From an uncultured Spirochaetota bacterium (GTDB lineage: Bacteria > Spirochaetota > Spirochaetia > SZUA-6 > CAVTHK01): 64,000 bases of DNA. Numbering within the stretch: the first letter of the stretch is position 1; every line of letters starts with the position of its first letter. The stretch covers positions 672,001 to 736,000 of the forward strand of contig CAVTHK010000011.1 in NCBI GenBank assembly GCA_963734495.1, given 5' to 3'. Under the pieces are notes generated by a model that was not told the origin of the DNA, did no database searches, and worked only from the letters and a program-made list of their open reading frames with translations. This document shows positions 9,049 through 23,000 of the stretch, one piece after another. The position numbers and the translations under genes are program-made.

Positions 9049-9413
9049 TCAGTATGCGGATGGGTCTTCGGGGCGCGCTTTCCGCCCCTGCTTGATATGT
9101 CCAAGGTCGTCGTGCAGGTCCTCGAAGCGCTTCATCACGTCGTCCTCCACCTGCTTCCCGCCATCGAGGTCGTCCGTCAGCGCCCCCATGACACGGTTCA
9201 TGCGGATCTCGGACTCCCTCCACTCGATCATGATCGCGCGCAGGAGCCCGGCCGGTATCCCTCTCTCGAGACACGCGGACACCAGGTCTCCGCCCATGAC
9301 GTCGTAGACGGGCTTGAGGTTGGCGTAGATGCGACGGGCTTCGTTCGGGTCCAGATGCGCCTCACCCCGGCCTGCTTGCGGCCTGTGTCCACAAGATATC
9401 GTTCACGCCGCAT
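9049..9413 (-). CDS. Hypothetical protein (probable frameshift near 9365)
   Basis: The 9049-9297 ORF extends upstream in frame to about 9400. An ATG at 9413 lies in the adjacent frame. Confidence 0.45.
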
Positions 9414-9540
9414 GCGGACAAGCGGCTCGATGCCCTCCCCGGTCCCGGCGGGAGGCGCGCGAGGCGCGGCGCCGAGGGCTCGACGCACCCGCGACTTTCA
9501 CGATAGTGTTCGGTGACCTGAAAACGGAAGGAAGCATCGA

Positions 9541-10725
9541 ATGGACGCACAGAGAAAGGTGAAGATCGGGCTGATCGGCCTGGGCAACATCGGAGGCAAG
9601 ACTCACGCGGTCAACCTCAAGAGCATGGCCGGCATCGAGGTCGCGGGCGTCTGCGACATCGACGCGGCCTGCGCCGACAAGTTCGCGGCCGAGCTCGGCA
9701 CGACCGCGTACCACGATCACGCGAGCCTGTTCGCCCGCTCGGGCCTGGAGGCGGTGATCGTCGCGGTCCCCCACTACCAGCACACTCCCATCGCCATCGA
9801 GGCGCTCGGCCGGGGACTGCACGTCCTGTGCGAGAAACCGATGGCCGTCCACGTCAACGACGCGCGCAGGATGCTCGAAGCATGGGAAAAGGCGAAACGC
9901 CGGAATCCCGGGCTCATCTTCGCCATGATGCTGCAGGAGCGGACGCTCCCGCTCAACAGGAAGCTCAAGGACATCGTGACGGGCGGCGAGCTCGGCAGGC
10001 TCCTGCGCGTGACGTGGATCAACACCGCGTGGTTCAGGTCCCAGGCGTACTACGACAGCAGCGGGTGGCGGGCGACCTGGGCGGGCGAAGGGGGAGGCAT
10101 CCTCACGAACCAGTGTCCGCACAACCTGGACCTCTACCAGTGGCTGTTCGGCGTCCCCTCGAGAGTGAGCGGGTTCGCGCACCTCGGCAAGTATCACGAC
10201 ATCGAGGTCGAGGACGAGATCACCGCCTACTTCGAGCACGACAACGGCATGATCGGGCATTTCGTCGCAACGACCGCCGAGAGCCCCGGCACGAACCGGC
10301 TCGAGATCGTCGGCGAGTACGGCAGCCTCGTGAGCGAGAGGGGCAAGCTCATCTTCCACCGCAACCGCATGTCGATGCTGGAGTTCTCGAAGCAGACCAA
10401 AGAGGCGTTCGCGAAGATCGAGTGCTGGCCGACGGAAATCCCGTTCGAGTCGAAATCTCCCGCCAGCCACAAGCTGGTCGCCGAGAGGTTCGTGGACGCG
10501 ATCCTCGGCCGCGGGGAGCTCGTCGCGGACGGCAACGAGGGGATCAAGTCCGTCACGATCGCAAACGCCATCATGCTGTCTTCGTTCAGCGGGCGGCCGG
10601 TCGAGATCCCCTTTGACGCCGACGCCTACGAGCGCAAGCTCCAGGAGCTCGCGCGGAGCTCGACCTTCGCCAAGACGGTGCGGGACGACGTCGGGGTGAA
10701 CATGACGAGCTCGTTCTCGCACTAA
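9541..10725 (+). CDS. Gfo/Idh/MocA family oxidoreductase
   Basis: IGLIGLGNIG, HVLCEKP, GGGILTNQCPHNLD. Confidence 0.92.
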   Translation: MDAQRKVKIGLIGLGNIGGKTHAVNLKSMAGIEVAGVCDIDAACADKFAAELGTTAYHDHASLFARSGLEAVIVAVPHYQHTPIAIEALGRGLHVLCEKPMAVHVNDARRMLEAWEKAKRRNPGLIFAMMLQERTLPLNRKLKDIVTGGELGRLLRVTWINTAWFRSQAYYDSSGWRATWAGEGGGILTNQCPHNLDLYQWLFGVPSRVSGFAHLGKYHDIEVEDEITAYFEHDNGMIGHFVATTAESPGTNRLEIVGEYGSLVSERGKLIFHRNRMSMLEFSKQTKEAFAKIECWPTEIPFESKSPASHKLVAERFVDAILGRGELVADGNEGIKSVTIANAIMLSSFSGRPVEIPFDADAYERKLQELARSSTFAKTVRDDVGVNMTSSFSH

Positions 10726-10853
10726 CGCGTCTGCTCCGCGGGTTTGCGCGTGACCGGCAATGCTGACTGCAGCACTAATCGATTGACGATCCTGCAGCGT
10801 TGTTGACTGCTGCTTCTTCGCGTCAGTAGCCTTGTGTCAGAGCGGGCACACCT

Positions 10854-11576
10854 ATGGTCCACACAGAGACGGTCCTGCTGCGCTTCGTGCTTGGGACCGT
10901 CGATCTTTCGATTACAACGACGATCGCATGGACGCTGTGCGGGACTCTCGTCCTCGTGGCGGCTCTCGTCCTCTGCACGCGCCGCGTTTCGATCAGACCG
11001 GACGGAGCGGCGCAGATCCTGATCGAGTACGTCGCGGAGTTCGTCGAGAAGCAGATGCTCGCCCCGATCGGACTGGACCCGGCACGGTGGACTCCGCTGA
11101 TCTTGAGCCTCTTTCTCTTCATCCTCGTCAACAATCTCACCGGGATCATCCCCGGGGGCCTCGCGTCGACCTCCAATATCAACCAGACCGGCGCGCTCGC
11201 GGTCCTGGTCTTTCTGGTCGGCTATTTCCAGATGTTCCGCCACAGGGGCGCGTCCGGGTTCGTTCGCAGCCTCGTCCCCCGGGGCGTCCGAGGTCCGGTC
11301 CTCGTCATCCTGGTACCTGTCGAGTTCGCGAGCCAGCTCCTTCGGCCTTTCTCGCTCGCGGTGAGGCTCTTCGCCAACATGTCCGGAGGCCATCTCCTTC
11401 TGCTCACGATCGTCGGGTTCACGGTGGTCTTTGCGAACGCGGTCGTGGACGTGCTCGCGGTCGGCGGCGCCGTTTTCGTATTCCTCTTCGAGATCTTCGT
11501 GGCCTTCATCCAGGCCTACGTGTTCGCTTTCCTGAGCGCGCTGATGATCAGTCAGAGTCTCGAAGAGGAGCATTGA
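10854..11576 (+). CDS. atpB: F0F1 ATP synthase subunit a
   Basis: RPFSLAVRLFANM (essential Arg) and IQAYVF. Confidence 0.95.
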   Translation: MVHTETVLLRFVLGTVDLSITTTIAWTLCGTLVLVAALVLCTRRVSIRPDGAAQILIEYVAEFVEKQMLAPIGLDPARWTPLILSLFLFILVNNLTGIIPGGLASTSNINQTGALAVLVFLVGYFQMFRHRGASGFVRSLVPRGVRGPVLVILVPVEFASQLLRPFSLAVRLFANMSGGHLLLLTIVGFTVVFANAVVDVLAVGGAVFVFLFEIFVAFIQAYVFAFLSALMISQSLEEEH

Positions 11577-11624
11577 GATCGAAGGCCCGTCTTCGCGCCG
11601 CGGAAACAGGATAAGGAGACAGCC

Positions 11625-11855
11625 ATGGACAATCTGGTGGGCGCTTTTCTGGGTTCGGGGATCGGGATCGGGCTGGCCGCTCTCGGCGGGGCGATCGGGA
11701 TCGGCATCCTGATGGCCAAAGCCTTCGAGAGCATGGCGCGACAGCCCGAGATCGTGAGCACGATGCGGCCGCTGATCTTTATCGGGATCGCATTCATCGA
11801 GGCCGTCGTGCTGTACGCGCTCGTGATCAGCATTCTTCTCGCGACCAAGCACTGA
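11625..11855 (+). CDS. atpE: F0F1 ATP synthase subunit c
   Basis: Gly-rich helix, ARQPE loop, FIEA carboxylate. Confidence 0.95.
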   Translation: MDNLVGAFLGSGIGIGLAALGGAIGIGILMAKAFESMARQPEIVSTMRPLIFIGIAFIEAVVLYALVISILLATKH

Positions 11856-11917
11856 GGCGGCCGGCCGCGGGGGTCGCCGCAGACCGCGGCGGCCCGCTGG
11901 CGCCGGGGGAGACAGCA

Positions 11918-12412
11918 GTGTTCGAATTCCAGCCGGGCGTCGCCGTGTGGACGCTCATCTCATTCGCCGTCGTGTATCTGGTCGTCCTCAAAGCCGTGTT
12001 CCCCGTCATCCGCAAGACCGTGCTCGACCGGCGGGCGCAGATAGAGCGGAGCCTCTCCGACGCGAGCGCAAAGCAGGCCGAGGCGCATGCGAAGGCCGCG
12101 GAGGTCGAGCAGAGGCTGCAGCGGATCAGGCAGGAGGAGCACGAGGTCCTCGCCGAGGCGCGGGACAGGGCCAAGCGGCTCTACGAGGAGCATGAACGAA
12201 AAGCGCTCGAGGACTTCCGCCTGATGAGGAAGCAGCGGGAGAGCGACCTGCAGAAGATGCAGGAGGGCGCCTTTCAAGGGCTGCAGACGGCGTTCGCCCG
12301 CACCGTCATCGAGGCCTGTCGCAAGGTCATGCGCAGCGACCTTTCCGCCGAGCAGCAGCGCAGGATCATCGACGATCGGATCACCGAGCTCGAACGGATG
12401 CGGGAGCTCTGA
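11918..12412 (+). CDS. atpF: F0F1 ATP synthase subunit b
   Basis: N-terminal TM helix (WTLISF) followed by a coiled coil; operon position. Confidence 0.9.
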   Translation: MFEFQPGVAVWTLISFAVVYLVVLKAVFPVIRKTVLDRRAQIERSLSDASAKQAEAHAKAAEVEQRLQRIRQEEHEVLAEARDRAKRLYEEHERKALEDFRLMRKQRESDLQKMQEGAFQGLQTAFARTVIEACRKVMRSDLSAEQQRRIIDDRITELERMREL

Positions 12413-12419
12413 AAAGGCG

Positions 12420-12956
12420 ATGCTCAACTACCGCTACGATCTGGATCGCCTGGTCGACCGCCTGCAGGCCGGGGGGGATCTCGAGGCCTTCCTGGACGAC
12501 CTCTTCGCCTTCAAGGCGGCCCGCAGCGGCAGCCGGGAGATCGAGGACGTGCTCTCCGATCCGCAGGTCACCGCCGAGAGCAAGCTCGGGTGGATCCAGC
12601 GGGTCTTCGACGGCCTGTTCGGCGAGCCGTTCTTCCAGTTCCTCCTCCAGCTTGCCAGGAACGGCGATGTGCATGCGGTGGACCTGCTCGCCGACCGGAT
12701 CCTCTCGGCGGTCGGCGCGCGCGGGATCGAGACTGCCGAGGTCTCCTCGGTGGTGCCGCTCTCCGCGGAACAGGTGCAGCGCGTTCGAAACGCGCTGCTC
12801 CGGATCACGGGCCGCGAGATCTACGTCTACAACACGCTGTCCGCGCCGCTGCTCGGAGGCTTCGCCGTCCGGTACGGCGGCCGGACGCTCGACATGAGCG
12901 TGCGGAGGGACCTCGAGAAGCTGCGCGACGAGATCGCAGTCGGGCGAGGGGGGTGA
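12420..12956 (+). CDS. atpH: F0F1 ATP synthase subunit delta
   Basis: AEVSSVVPLS...LLGGFAVRYGGRTLDMSV; operon position. Confidence 0.88.
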   Translation: MLNYRYDLDRLVDRLQAGGDLEAFLDDLFAFKAARSGSREIEDVLSDPQVTAESKLGWIQRVFDGLFGEPFFQFLLQLARNGDVHAVDLLADRILSAVGARGIETAEVSSVVPLSAEQVQRVRNALLRITGREIYVYNTLSAPLLGGFAVRYGGRTLDMSVRRDLEKLRDEIAVGRGG

Positions 12957-12960
12957 CACA

Positions 12961-14464
12961 GTGGCGCTGGACACGAGCTTTCTCGACAGCATCCAGAGCA
13001 GGATAGAGAGATTCTCCAACGTTCCGCGCAGCGAGGAGGAAGGGGTCGTCGTCGAGACGGCGGACGGGATCGCCCGCGTCCGAGGGATGGCCTCCGCCGG
13101 CATGGACGAGCTCGTGGAGTTCCCCGAGAACGTCCACGGCGTTGTGTTCAACCTGGAGCGTGACGAGGTGATCTGCTCGATCCTCGCCAACCACACCAAG
13201 GTCAAGGAGGGGGCCTGGGTCAGGCGGACGGGCCACGTCGTCAGCGTTCCCGTCGGCGACGCGCTCCTCGGCCGGGTCATCAACCCCCTGGGCGAGCCGC
13301 TCGACGGCAAGGGCCGCATCGAATCGACGACGAGCTATCCGCTGGAGCGGCCTTCACCAGGCGTCGTGGAAAGGGAGCCGGTCAAGGTGCCTCTGCAGAC
13401 CGGCTACAAGGTGGTGGACGCGCTGGTCCCGATCGGGCGGGGGCAGCGGGAGCTCATCATCGGAGACCGCCAGACCGGCAAGACCACGCTCGCGCTGGAC
13501 ACGATCATCAACCAGAAGGACACGGGCGTGCTCTCGGTCTACGTCGCGATCGGGCAGAAGGACGCGACCGTCGTCAAATTCGTCCACAAGCTCAAGGACC
13601 TGAACATCCTGAAGAATGCCGTCATCGTCAACGCGCCGGCGGCGGCGCCGGCGATGATGCAGTACCTCGCCCCTTACGTCGGCTGCGCCATCGCGGAATA
13701 CTTTATGTACGAGCAGCACAGGGACACCCTCGTCATCTACGACGATCTCACCAAGCACGCCGCGGCCTACCGGAACGTGTCGCTGCTCATGCGCAGGCCG
13801 CCCGGCCGCGAGGCCTATCCGGGCGACATCTTCTACCTGCACTCGCGCCTGCTCGAGCGGGCGGCCAAGCTGTCCGCGGCTCTCGGGGGCGGATCGATGA
13901 CGGCCCTGCCGATCATCGAGACGCAGAGCAACGACATCTCGGCCTACATTCCGACCAATGTCATCTCGATCACCGACGGCCAGATCTTTCTCGAGTCGGA
14001 CCTCTTCAACGCGGGCGTCCGGCCGGCGGTCAACGCGGGGATCTCGGTGTCCCGCGTCGGCGGCCACGCCCAGATCAAGGCGATGCGCCAGGTGTCGGGC
14101 ACGCTGCGCATCGACCTGGCCCAGTACCGCGAAAAGGAGGCGTTCTCCATGTTCGCCTCGGAGCTGGACCCGGAGACGGTCCGCCAGCTCAAGAAGGGCG
14201 CGGTGATGGTCGAGCTGCTCAAGCAGGACAAGAACGCCCCCATGCCGATCGAGGACCAGGTCGTCGCGTTGTACGCCGGCGCCGGCGATTTCCTGATGCA
14301 GATCCCCGCCAACCGCGTCGCCGAGTACGAGGCGCAGCTCCTGAACGTCATACGGCTCAAGCACGCGGACCTCCTGCGGGAGATCCGGGAGAGGGGCGAG
14401 CTCTCGTCCGAGCTGCGCGCGGCCCTCGACGAAGCCATCGTCGATTTCACCAAGGGGTTCTCCG

Positions 14465-14487
<23 letters not shown>
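12961..14487 (+). CDS. atpA: F0F1 ATP synthase subunit alpha
   Basis: GDRQTGKT and PPGREAYPGDIFYLHSRLLER. Confidence 0.97.
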
Positions 14488-17061
<2,574 letters not shown>

Positions 17062-17065
<4 letters not shown>

Positions 17066-18462
17066 GCGCCGGCCGCCTGCCGCTCCCTCGCGAAGAGATC
17101 GCGCTCTTCGAGGGCGCGGGGTTTTCCGCGGAGGAGTGCAGCCGGCTGCTGCGCTTCTACCGGTCGTACCAGGAACGGAACCTCGCGTATTTCGTCTCGC
17201 TGCGCCGGCTCTGGACGGACCGCCACCGGGGGCAGCGTTTCCCCGGCCTGTGCGCCAACGTCCATCCGCTCACCGGCGAGCTCCGTCCGGACGCCGAGCA
17301 ACGCCTCTGGGGGTGGGGCGACACGCGGGCGCTGGCGACGTGGTGCTCGTTTCTCGCAGCGGACCGCGTCCCGGCGAAGCAGGTGACGCTCGAAGGCGGC
17401 GGGACCGTGGACCTGCGCGAGGCCCTGAGCCGCTACGCCGATCTGCTGTGGGAAGCCCTGGCCGAGCGTTACCGCCTCAACGGCCGGATCCCTTTTACCG
17501 CGGACCTGCGCACCAACCTGGCGGATGATCACCCCGCGAACCGGGCGTCGCCGGAGGGCCCCGACATCACGAGCATGTTCGCGGCCAACGCCTTCGTCCA
17601 GTACGGGCTATGGCGCGGCGACGCGGAGGCGCTCGCGCTCGGTACGGACCTGCTCGAAAAGCAGCTTCGGGCCGTGGCCGGGGCGAGCCTCCAGCGGAGG
17701 CCGGGTCAGACCCACGGACCGTGGATGATCCTGCTCGGCGTGATCGTCGAGATCCGCCGCAACCCGGCGGCGGCGAGGCTCGGCGAATCGCTGGCCGGGG
17801 CCGCGATGCCGCTCGTCGACCACATCCTCGCCGATCACTACCGTGAGGACGGCAGGGAGGTGGGCGCCCCGGGCCGGGGTGCCGCATTCTGGGAGCGCAG
17901 CGACGGCGCGGGCGGCCCTGCGGCTGATCCCTCGGGGAGCGTCGTCGTGGACCCGGGGCATGCCACGGAGCTGTCCGGGTTCCTCGCGGAGCTGACGCGG
18001 TTCCTGGAGGCTGAAGCCCGCGGGCGTGTCCTCGCCGCGGCTCTGAACATTCACCTCTTCGCGGACCGCATCGGGTTCACCCCGGCGGGCGCGATGAGCA
18101 AGCTCGTCGAGCTCTCGACGGGGCGCTTCCTCCCGGACACGCAGGCGGCCGCGGCGTCGCAGGGGCCCGCCCGGCCGACGGCCCCGTGGTGGAACGTGCG
18201 CGAGCACTCGGCCGCCGCCCTGCGCCTGTACACGCTCACGCGCGACGAGCGGCTGGTCGAGAGCTACCGCAGGGCGCAGCGCGCCTCCTATCTCTTCTAC
18301 CCGAGCCTGCGGATCGGCGGCCAGATGATCCAGACGATCGACCCTTTCACGCTGGAGCCGCTCGACATCGCGCCCGCGACCGGCAACCTGGACCCGATGC
18401 ACGACGCGCGCTCGCGCGTCCGCGAGATAGAGTGCCTCGAGGAGCTGCTGGCGGGAGCGTAA
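17062..18462 (+). CDS. AGE/N-acylglucosamine 2-epimerase-like (alpha/alpha)6 protein
   Basis: DPGHATE, WWNVRE and DPMH resemble the PGHxxE, WWxxxE and terminal His motifs of the AGE family. GTGA overlap with atpC. Confidence 0.6.
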
Positions 18463-18471
18463 CCGCGGATG

Positions 18472-19539
18472 CTACTCGAGCACGCGGCCCAGCGCCCGCA
18501 TCCAGTTGCGCGCAAAGACGTTCTCGATGTCCTCGGCTCCGAAGCCGCGGGCCTCGAGGATGGAAGCCACTTGCGGCACGTCCGCGATCGTCTCCAGGCC
18601 GGCCGGCGACTGCTCGACGCCGTAGCCCCCGTCGAGGTCGCTGCCGATGGCGGCGTGGCGGCTGGAGCCCGCAAGCTGGCAGACGCGGTCGATCTGGTCC
18701 GCCACCGCCTCCAGGCCGACGGCGCGCGCGCCGGAGCCGCGGACGAACTTGGGGTCGAGCATCCACAGGTCGAACGAGGTGCCGATCACGGCGTCGCGCT
18801 GGACCAGAGCCTTGATCATGTCGTCGGCGAGCTGCCTCTGGCCGGGCACCAGCGAGCGGCAGTTGTGGTGGGAGGCGACCAGCGGGCCGTCGTAGGCTTC
18901 CAGGACTTCCCACAGCCCCTGGTCCGTGAGGTGGGTGACGTCCACGAGGATCCGCGCGGCCTTGAGCGCCGCGAGCAGATCGCGGGCGCGGGGCAGCAGG
19001 CCGCCTTCGGTGCCCGTCCCGTGCGCGTAGGCGCCGGTGCCGTAGTGCGAGAGGCTCACGCAGCGCAGTCCGATCCGGTGCCAGTCCTCGGCCTGCTCGG
19101 GGTCCACGATCGGGTCGGCGCTCTCCATCGAGATGACGATCCCGATGCGCCCGGGCTCCTCGAGCGTGCGCCACTCGGCCGCGACCTCGGCGAGGTCGGC
19201 AGCGGTGCGGATGATGCGCGCCTCGCCGGCGCGCTCGAGCGCTTCGTACCAGGCGGCGTGTCCCCTGCCCATCGCGTAGCACTGGAGCTGCGTGCGCATG
19301 CCCGTGCCCGCATAGCTGCCGGCGGGGTCGATGCGGATCATGACGGTGGCGAAGACGATGCCGACGCGGCCGCGGCGAAGAGCCGGCAGCGTGACCGTGC
19401 ACGTGCCGAACTCCTTGCGGACCGCGTCGTTGTCCTGCGCGCGGACCTCCTCGACCGGAAGCGTCAGGTCGCGCCGGATCTGCATGGCGTTGGTGGCGAT
19501 GTCGAGGTGCCCGTCGATGATGAGCGAAGGCCGGGTCAT
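18472..19539 (-). CDS. Membrane dipeptidase (M19) family amidohydrolase
   Basis: IDGHLD, SMESAD, VDVTH, ASHHN, IGSDLDGG. Confidence 0.9.
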   Translation of the reverse strand: MTRPSLIIDGHLDIATNAMQIRRDLTLPVEEVRAQDNDAVRKEFGTCTVTLPALRRGRVGIVFATVMIRIDPAGSYAGTGMRTQLQCYAMGRGHAAWYEALERAGEARIIRTAADLAEVAAEWRTLEEPGRIGIVISMESADPIVDPEQAEDWHRIGLRCVSLSHYGTGAYAHGTGTEGGLLPRARDLLAALKAARILVDVTHLTDQGLWEVLEAYDGPLVASHHNCRSLVPGQRQLADDMIKALVQRDAVIGTSFDLWMLDPKFVRGSGARAVGLEAVADQIDRVCQLAGSSRHAAIGSDLDGGYGVEQSPAGLETIADVPQVASILEARGFGAEDIENVFARNWMRALGRVLE

Positions 19540-19652
19540 GAACGCTCCTTGGCCGCCCCGATGGCGAAGAGGGCGAGCGGCGGCATTTTAGCAGACGCGC
19601 GCCGCGGCGTAAACGCAGTGGCCGCGCGGCGCCCGGCCGCGCGGCGCAGCCC

Positions 19653-20499
19653 CTATCCCTTGAGGCCCGTGGAGGCGATGCCCTGAACGAGGTAGCGCTG
19701 AAACGCGACGAAGAGGAAGAGCACGGGGATCAGGGAGAGGAACGACATGGCGAAGATGGCGCCCCAGTCCGTGAGCCCGCCGGGGTCCGCGAAGGACCGC
19801 AGCGCGAGCGAGATGGTGTAGATCGTCGGGTTGTTGAGGTAGATCAGGGGCGTGAAGAAGTCGCTCCAGGTCCAGTAGAACGAGAAGATCGCGGCGGTGA
19901 ACATCGCCGGCTTGAGCAGCGGCACGATGATGCGCAGAAAGGTGGCGCCGAGGCCGCAGCCGTCGATGTCCGCAGCCTCGTCCAGCTCCCGCGGTATGCC
20001 CCGGATGAACTGCATGATCATGAAGATGAAGAAGGCCTGGCCGAAGAGGCGCGGCACGATCAGGGGCAGGTACGAATTGATCCAACCGATCCGGTTGAAC
20101 AGGATGTACTGCGGGATGATCTGGATCTGCGATGGGAGCATCAGCGTGGCGATCATGCAGGAGAACCAGATGTTCTTCCCGGGGAAATCGATGCGGGCGA
20201 AGCCGAAGGCCACCACGGCGGAAGAGATGATCGCGGCCAGGGTCCCCACGGTCGCGTAGAAGATGGTGTTGCGGTAGTAGACGGCGAACGACACGCCGCC
20301 GAACCCCCGCCATCCGTTCAGGTAGTTCTCCAGCGTCGGCGCGCGGGGGAGCAGGGAGGCGACCCGGGTCCAGATTTCGCCGGCCGGCTTGAAGGAGCTT
20401 CCTGCCAGCCAGAGTATCGGATAGATCATCGCCAGGCAGAGGAGGCTCAGACCTGCGTGGTAGCCGAAGGTTTCCAGGAACCGGGGAGGCGCGCTTCAT
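19653..20499 (-). CDS. Carbohydrate ABC transporter permease (frameshift near 20484)
   Basis: EAA loop IPRELDEAADIDG. The ATG at 20499 overlaps the upstream stop and joins the main frame if one base of a C run is removed. Confidence 0.88.
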
Positions 20500-21410
20500 C
20501 GCTCTCCTCCCCGGTCCGACGCGTAGAACACCCAGCGGGAGGAGGTCCGGAAGATGACCAGGGTCAGCGCCGCCGCGACCGCCAGCAGCACCCACGCCAT
20601 GCCCGAGCCGTAGCCCATCTGGAAGGTCTCGAAGGCGCGCCGGTAGAGGTAGAGGGCATAGAAGTTGGTCGTGTCCAGGGGCTTGCCGCCGGTGATGATG
20701 AGGGCGGGGGTAAAGACGATCAGGCCATTGATGGTCTGCATGACGAGGTTGAACAGGATCACCGGAGTCAGCAGGGGCAGCGTGATGGACCAGAACCGGC
20801 GGACGCCCGAGGCTCCATCGATGGCCGCCGACTCGTAGAGCTCCTCGGGGATCTGCTTGAGGCCCGCCAGGAAGATCAGCATGGAGGAGCCGAACTGCCA
20901 GGCCGCGAGGAGGATCAGCGTCCAGATCGCGAAGCTCGGCTCCCCGAGCCAGGCGGTCTTCGAGGGAAGGCCGACCAGCGCGAGCATCCCGTTCACGAGG
21001 CCGTCGCCGCCGAAGAGCTGCCGCCACATCACCGCAACGGCCACGCTGTCGCCGATGATGGACGGCGCGTACACGAGGGCGCGGTAGAACGCCATCCCCC
21101 GCCGCTTCGTGTTGAGCGCCATGGCCACGAGCAGGGCGACGACGAGGCGCAGCGGCACGGCGGCAACCGCGTAGTAGAACGTGGCTCCGACCGACTTCCA
21201 GTACCGCGGGTCGTCCGTGAACATCCGGCGAAAGTTGTCGAGGCCCGTCCAGGACGGCGGGCTCAGCAGGTCGTAGTCGGTAAAGGAGAGGTAGAAGCTC
21301 GCGGCCGTCGGGATCAGGGTGAGCGTGAAGAATCCGATGAGCCACGGGGAGATGAAGAGGTACCCCTGGATCGAGTTGGTCCGTCTTCGGCGCGAGAGCG
21401 CATGGCTCAT
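20496..21410 (-). CDS. Carbohydrate ABC transporter permease
   Basis: YLFISPWLIGF and LYESAAIDGA. Confidence 0.92.
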   Translation of the reverse strand: MSHALSRRRRTNSIQGYLFISPWLIGFFTLTLIPTAASFYLSFTDYDLLSPPSWTGLDNFRRMFTDDPRYWKSVGATFYYAVAAVPLRLVVALLVAMALNTKRRGMAFYRALVYAPSIIGDSVAVAVMWRQLFGGDGLVNGMLALVGLPSKTAWLGEPSFAIWTLILLAAWQFGSSMLIFLAGLKQIPEELYESAAIDGASGVRRFWSITLPLLTPVILFNLVMQTINGLIVFTPALIITGGKPLDTTNFYALYLYRRAFETFQMGYGSGMAWVLLAVAAALTLVIFRTSSRWVFYASDRGGER

Positions 21411-21430
21411 CTTTGGGGGATCCTTTTAAG

Positions 21431-21457
21431 CGGGACGGCCGGCTGCCGGCCGTCCCG
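21431..21457 (-). terminator. 12-bp hairpin between the binding-protein and permease genes
   Basis: CGGGACGGCCGG-ctg-CCGGCCGTCCCG is a perfect stem. It may be an mRNA-stabilising or attenuating structure. Confidence 0.55.
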
Positions 21458-21468
21458 TCACACGCGCG

Positions 21469-22785
21469 CTACTTGGTGGCCGCGAGCAGCTCGGTCGCCT
21501 TGTCGCGCAGGACCTTGGCCCCCTGCTCGGGCGTGATGACACCGAAGAGGACCTTCTCGATGACCTGGGGCCTCCAGACGTTGGTGTAGATGTCCGTGTT
21601 CTTCACAGGGTCTGGCGGCGGACAGGGGCTGGCCTCCTTCGCCACCCACCCCACGAAGTTGAACACCTCCTGCGTGATCGGCGGCACCAGGGGCGACAAC
21701 GCCGTCCGGATCTCGGAGGAGATGGGGACTCCCCGTTCGGCCATGAGGATCTTGTTTGCGTCGATGTCGTTCGTGAAGTAGTCGATGAACCGCGCCGCCT
21801 CCTTGGGGGTCTTCGACTGGTTGCTCACGGAGAAGAACATGGAGGCCTTGATGTAGTTGGGCGACGGGCCGCCCCTGCGGGTGCGCGGGAGGCTCATGAG
21901 GACGAAGTGGCGCCCTTCGCCGGAGGCCTTGTTGACCGCGAAGGCCTGGTTGCTCCAAAGGAACTGCATCCCCGCCTTCTTCTGGATGATGGGCGTCTGC
22001 TCCGGGTTATCTCCGTCGCCCCAGGTGGCGATGGCCTCCTGCTTGCTCGGGATGGCGCCGGCTTTCATCAGGCGGAGCATCATGGCCAGATGATCGGCGA
22101 ACGGCTTGTCGTCGGTGTATCCCAGCGCCGTGCCTTCGTTGTTGTAGGCCCACTGGCCGAGCCCCAGGTAAATGTTCTTCCAGAGCTGGATGTTGTCCAG
22201 GCCGGGGCCGTGGCCGTAGAGGCCGGTCTTCTGGTGGATCTCCAGGACGATCTTCTCGAAGTCCTCCCAGGTCCAGTCGGACTTCGGCAGAGCCACTCCG
22301 GCCTGCTTGAAGACGTCGGTGTCCAGGATCATCGCCTCGGAGTTGGAGCCCAGGTTGACGGCGTAGAGCTTTCCGCCGATGCGGCCTGAGGAGATGAGCG
22401 CGTCGGTCACATTGGAGAAGTCGAGCACTTTGGACTGCACGTACTCGTCCAGCGCGTGCAGCAGGTTGCGCTTCTGCCACTCCGCCACGTAGGCGTAGTC
22501 CTGTTGCATGACGTCGGGGAGCTGGCCGCCCGCCGCCATGGTGGTGACCTTGGTCCAGTAGTCGTTCCACGCGGCGAACTCGTACACGGCGGTCACGTTG
22601 GGGTTCTTCTGCTTGTAGAGATCGATGGTCTTGATCGTGCCTTCGTGGCGGGTCTGGGAGCCCCACCAGATGACCTTGAGGTCCACCTTCTGCGCGGGCT
22701 GCGCGGATTCCGTGGTGCCGGTGGCCCACAGGAACGAGCCGGCCGCGATCAGGAGCACCGACACGACGAGGAACACTCGTTTCAT
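21469..22785 (-). CDS. Sugar ABC transporter substrate-binding protein
   Basis: Signal peptide, WWGSQTR, YWTKVTTMAAGGQLPDV, DWTWEDF. Confidence 0.92.
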   Translation of the reverse strand: MKRVFLVVSVLLIAAGSFLWATGTTESAQPAQKVDLKVIWWGSQTRHEGTIKTIDLYKQKNPNVTAVYEFAAWNDYWTKVTTMAAGGQLPDVMQQDYAYVAEWQKRNLLHALDEYVQSKVLDFSNVTDALISSGRIGGKLYAVNLGSNSEAMILDTDVFKQAGVALPKSDWTWEDFEKIVLEIHQKTGLYGHGPGLDNIQLWKNIYLGLGQWAYNNEGTALGYTDDKPFADHLAMMLRLMKAGAIPSKQEAIATWGDGDNPEQTPIIQKKAGMQFLWSNQAFAVNKASGEGRHFVLMSLPRTRRGGPSPNYIKASMFFSVSNQSKTPKEAARFIDYFTNDIDANKILMAERGVPISSEIRTALSPLVPPITQEVFNFVGWVAKEASPCPPPDPVKNTDIYTNVWRPQVIEKVLFGVITPEQGAKVLRDKATELLAATK

Positions 22786-23000
22786 GATTGCCTCCTATTG
22801 CGGGGCCAGTATAGCACCGGCGCACCGGGCCGCAACATGGGGTGTGCGCCCGCTCGGCGGAGCCGGCGGCCGGCCCGCGCGCTCCGCGGGGATGCGCGCC
22901 CGGGCCGAGCCGGGGGCCGCGCGGCGCGCGGCCGCCGTGGCGGCGCATCGACGCTGGCCGCTTCCGAAGCGCGCGGCTATATTGGCTCGAGGCGGGACCC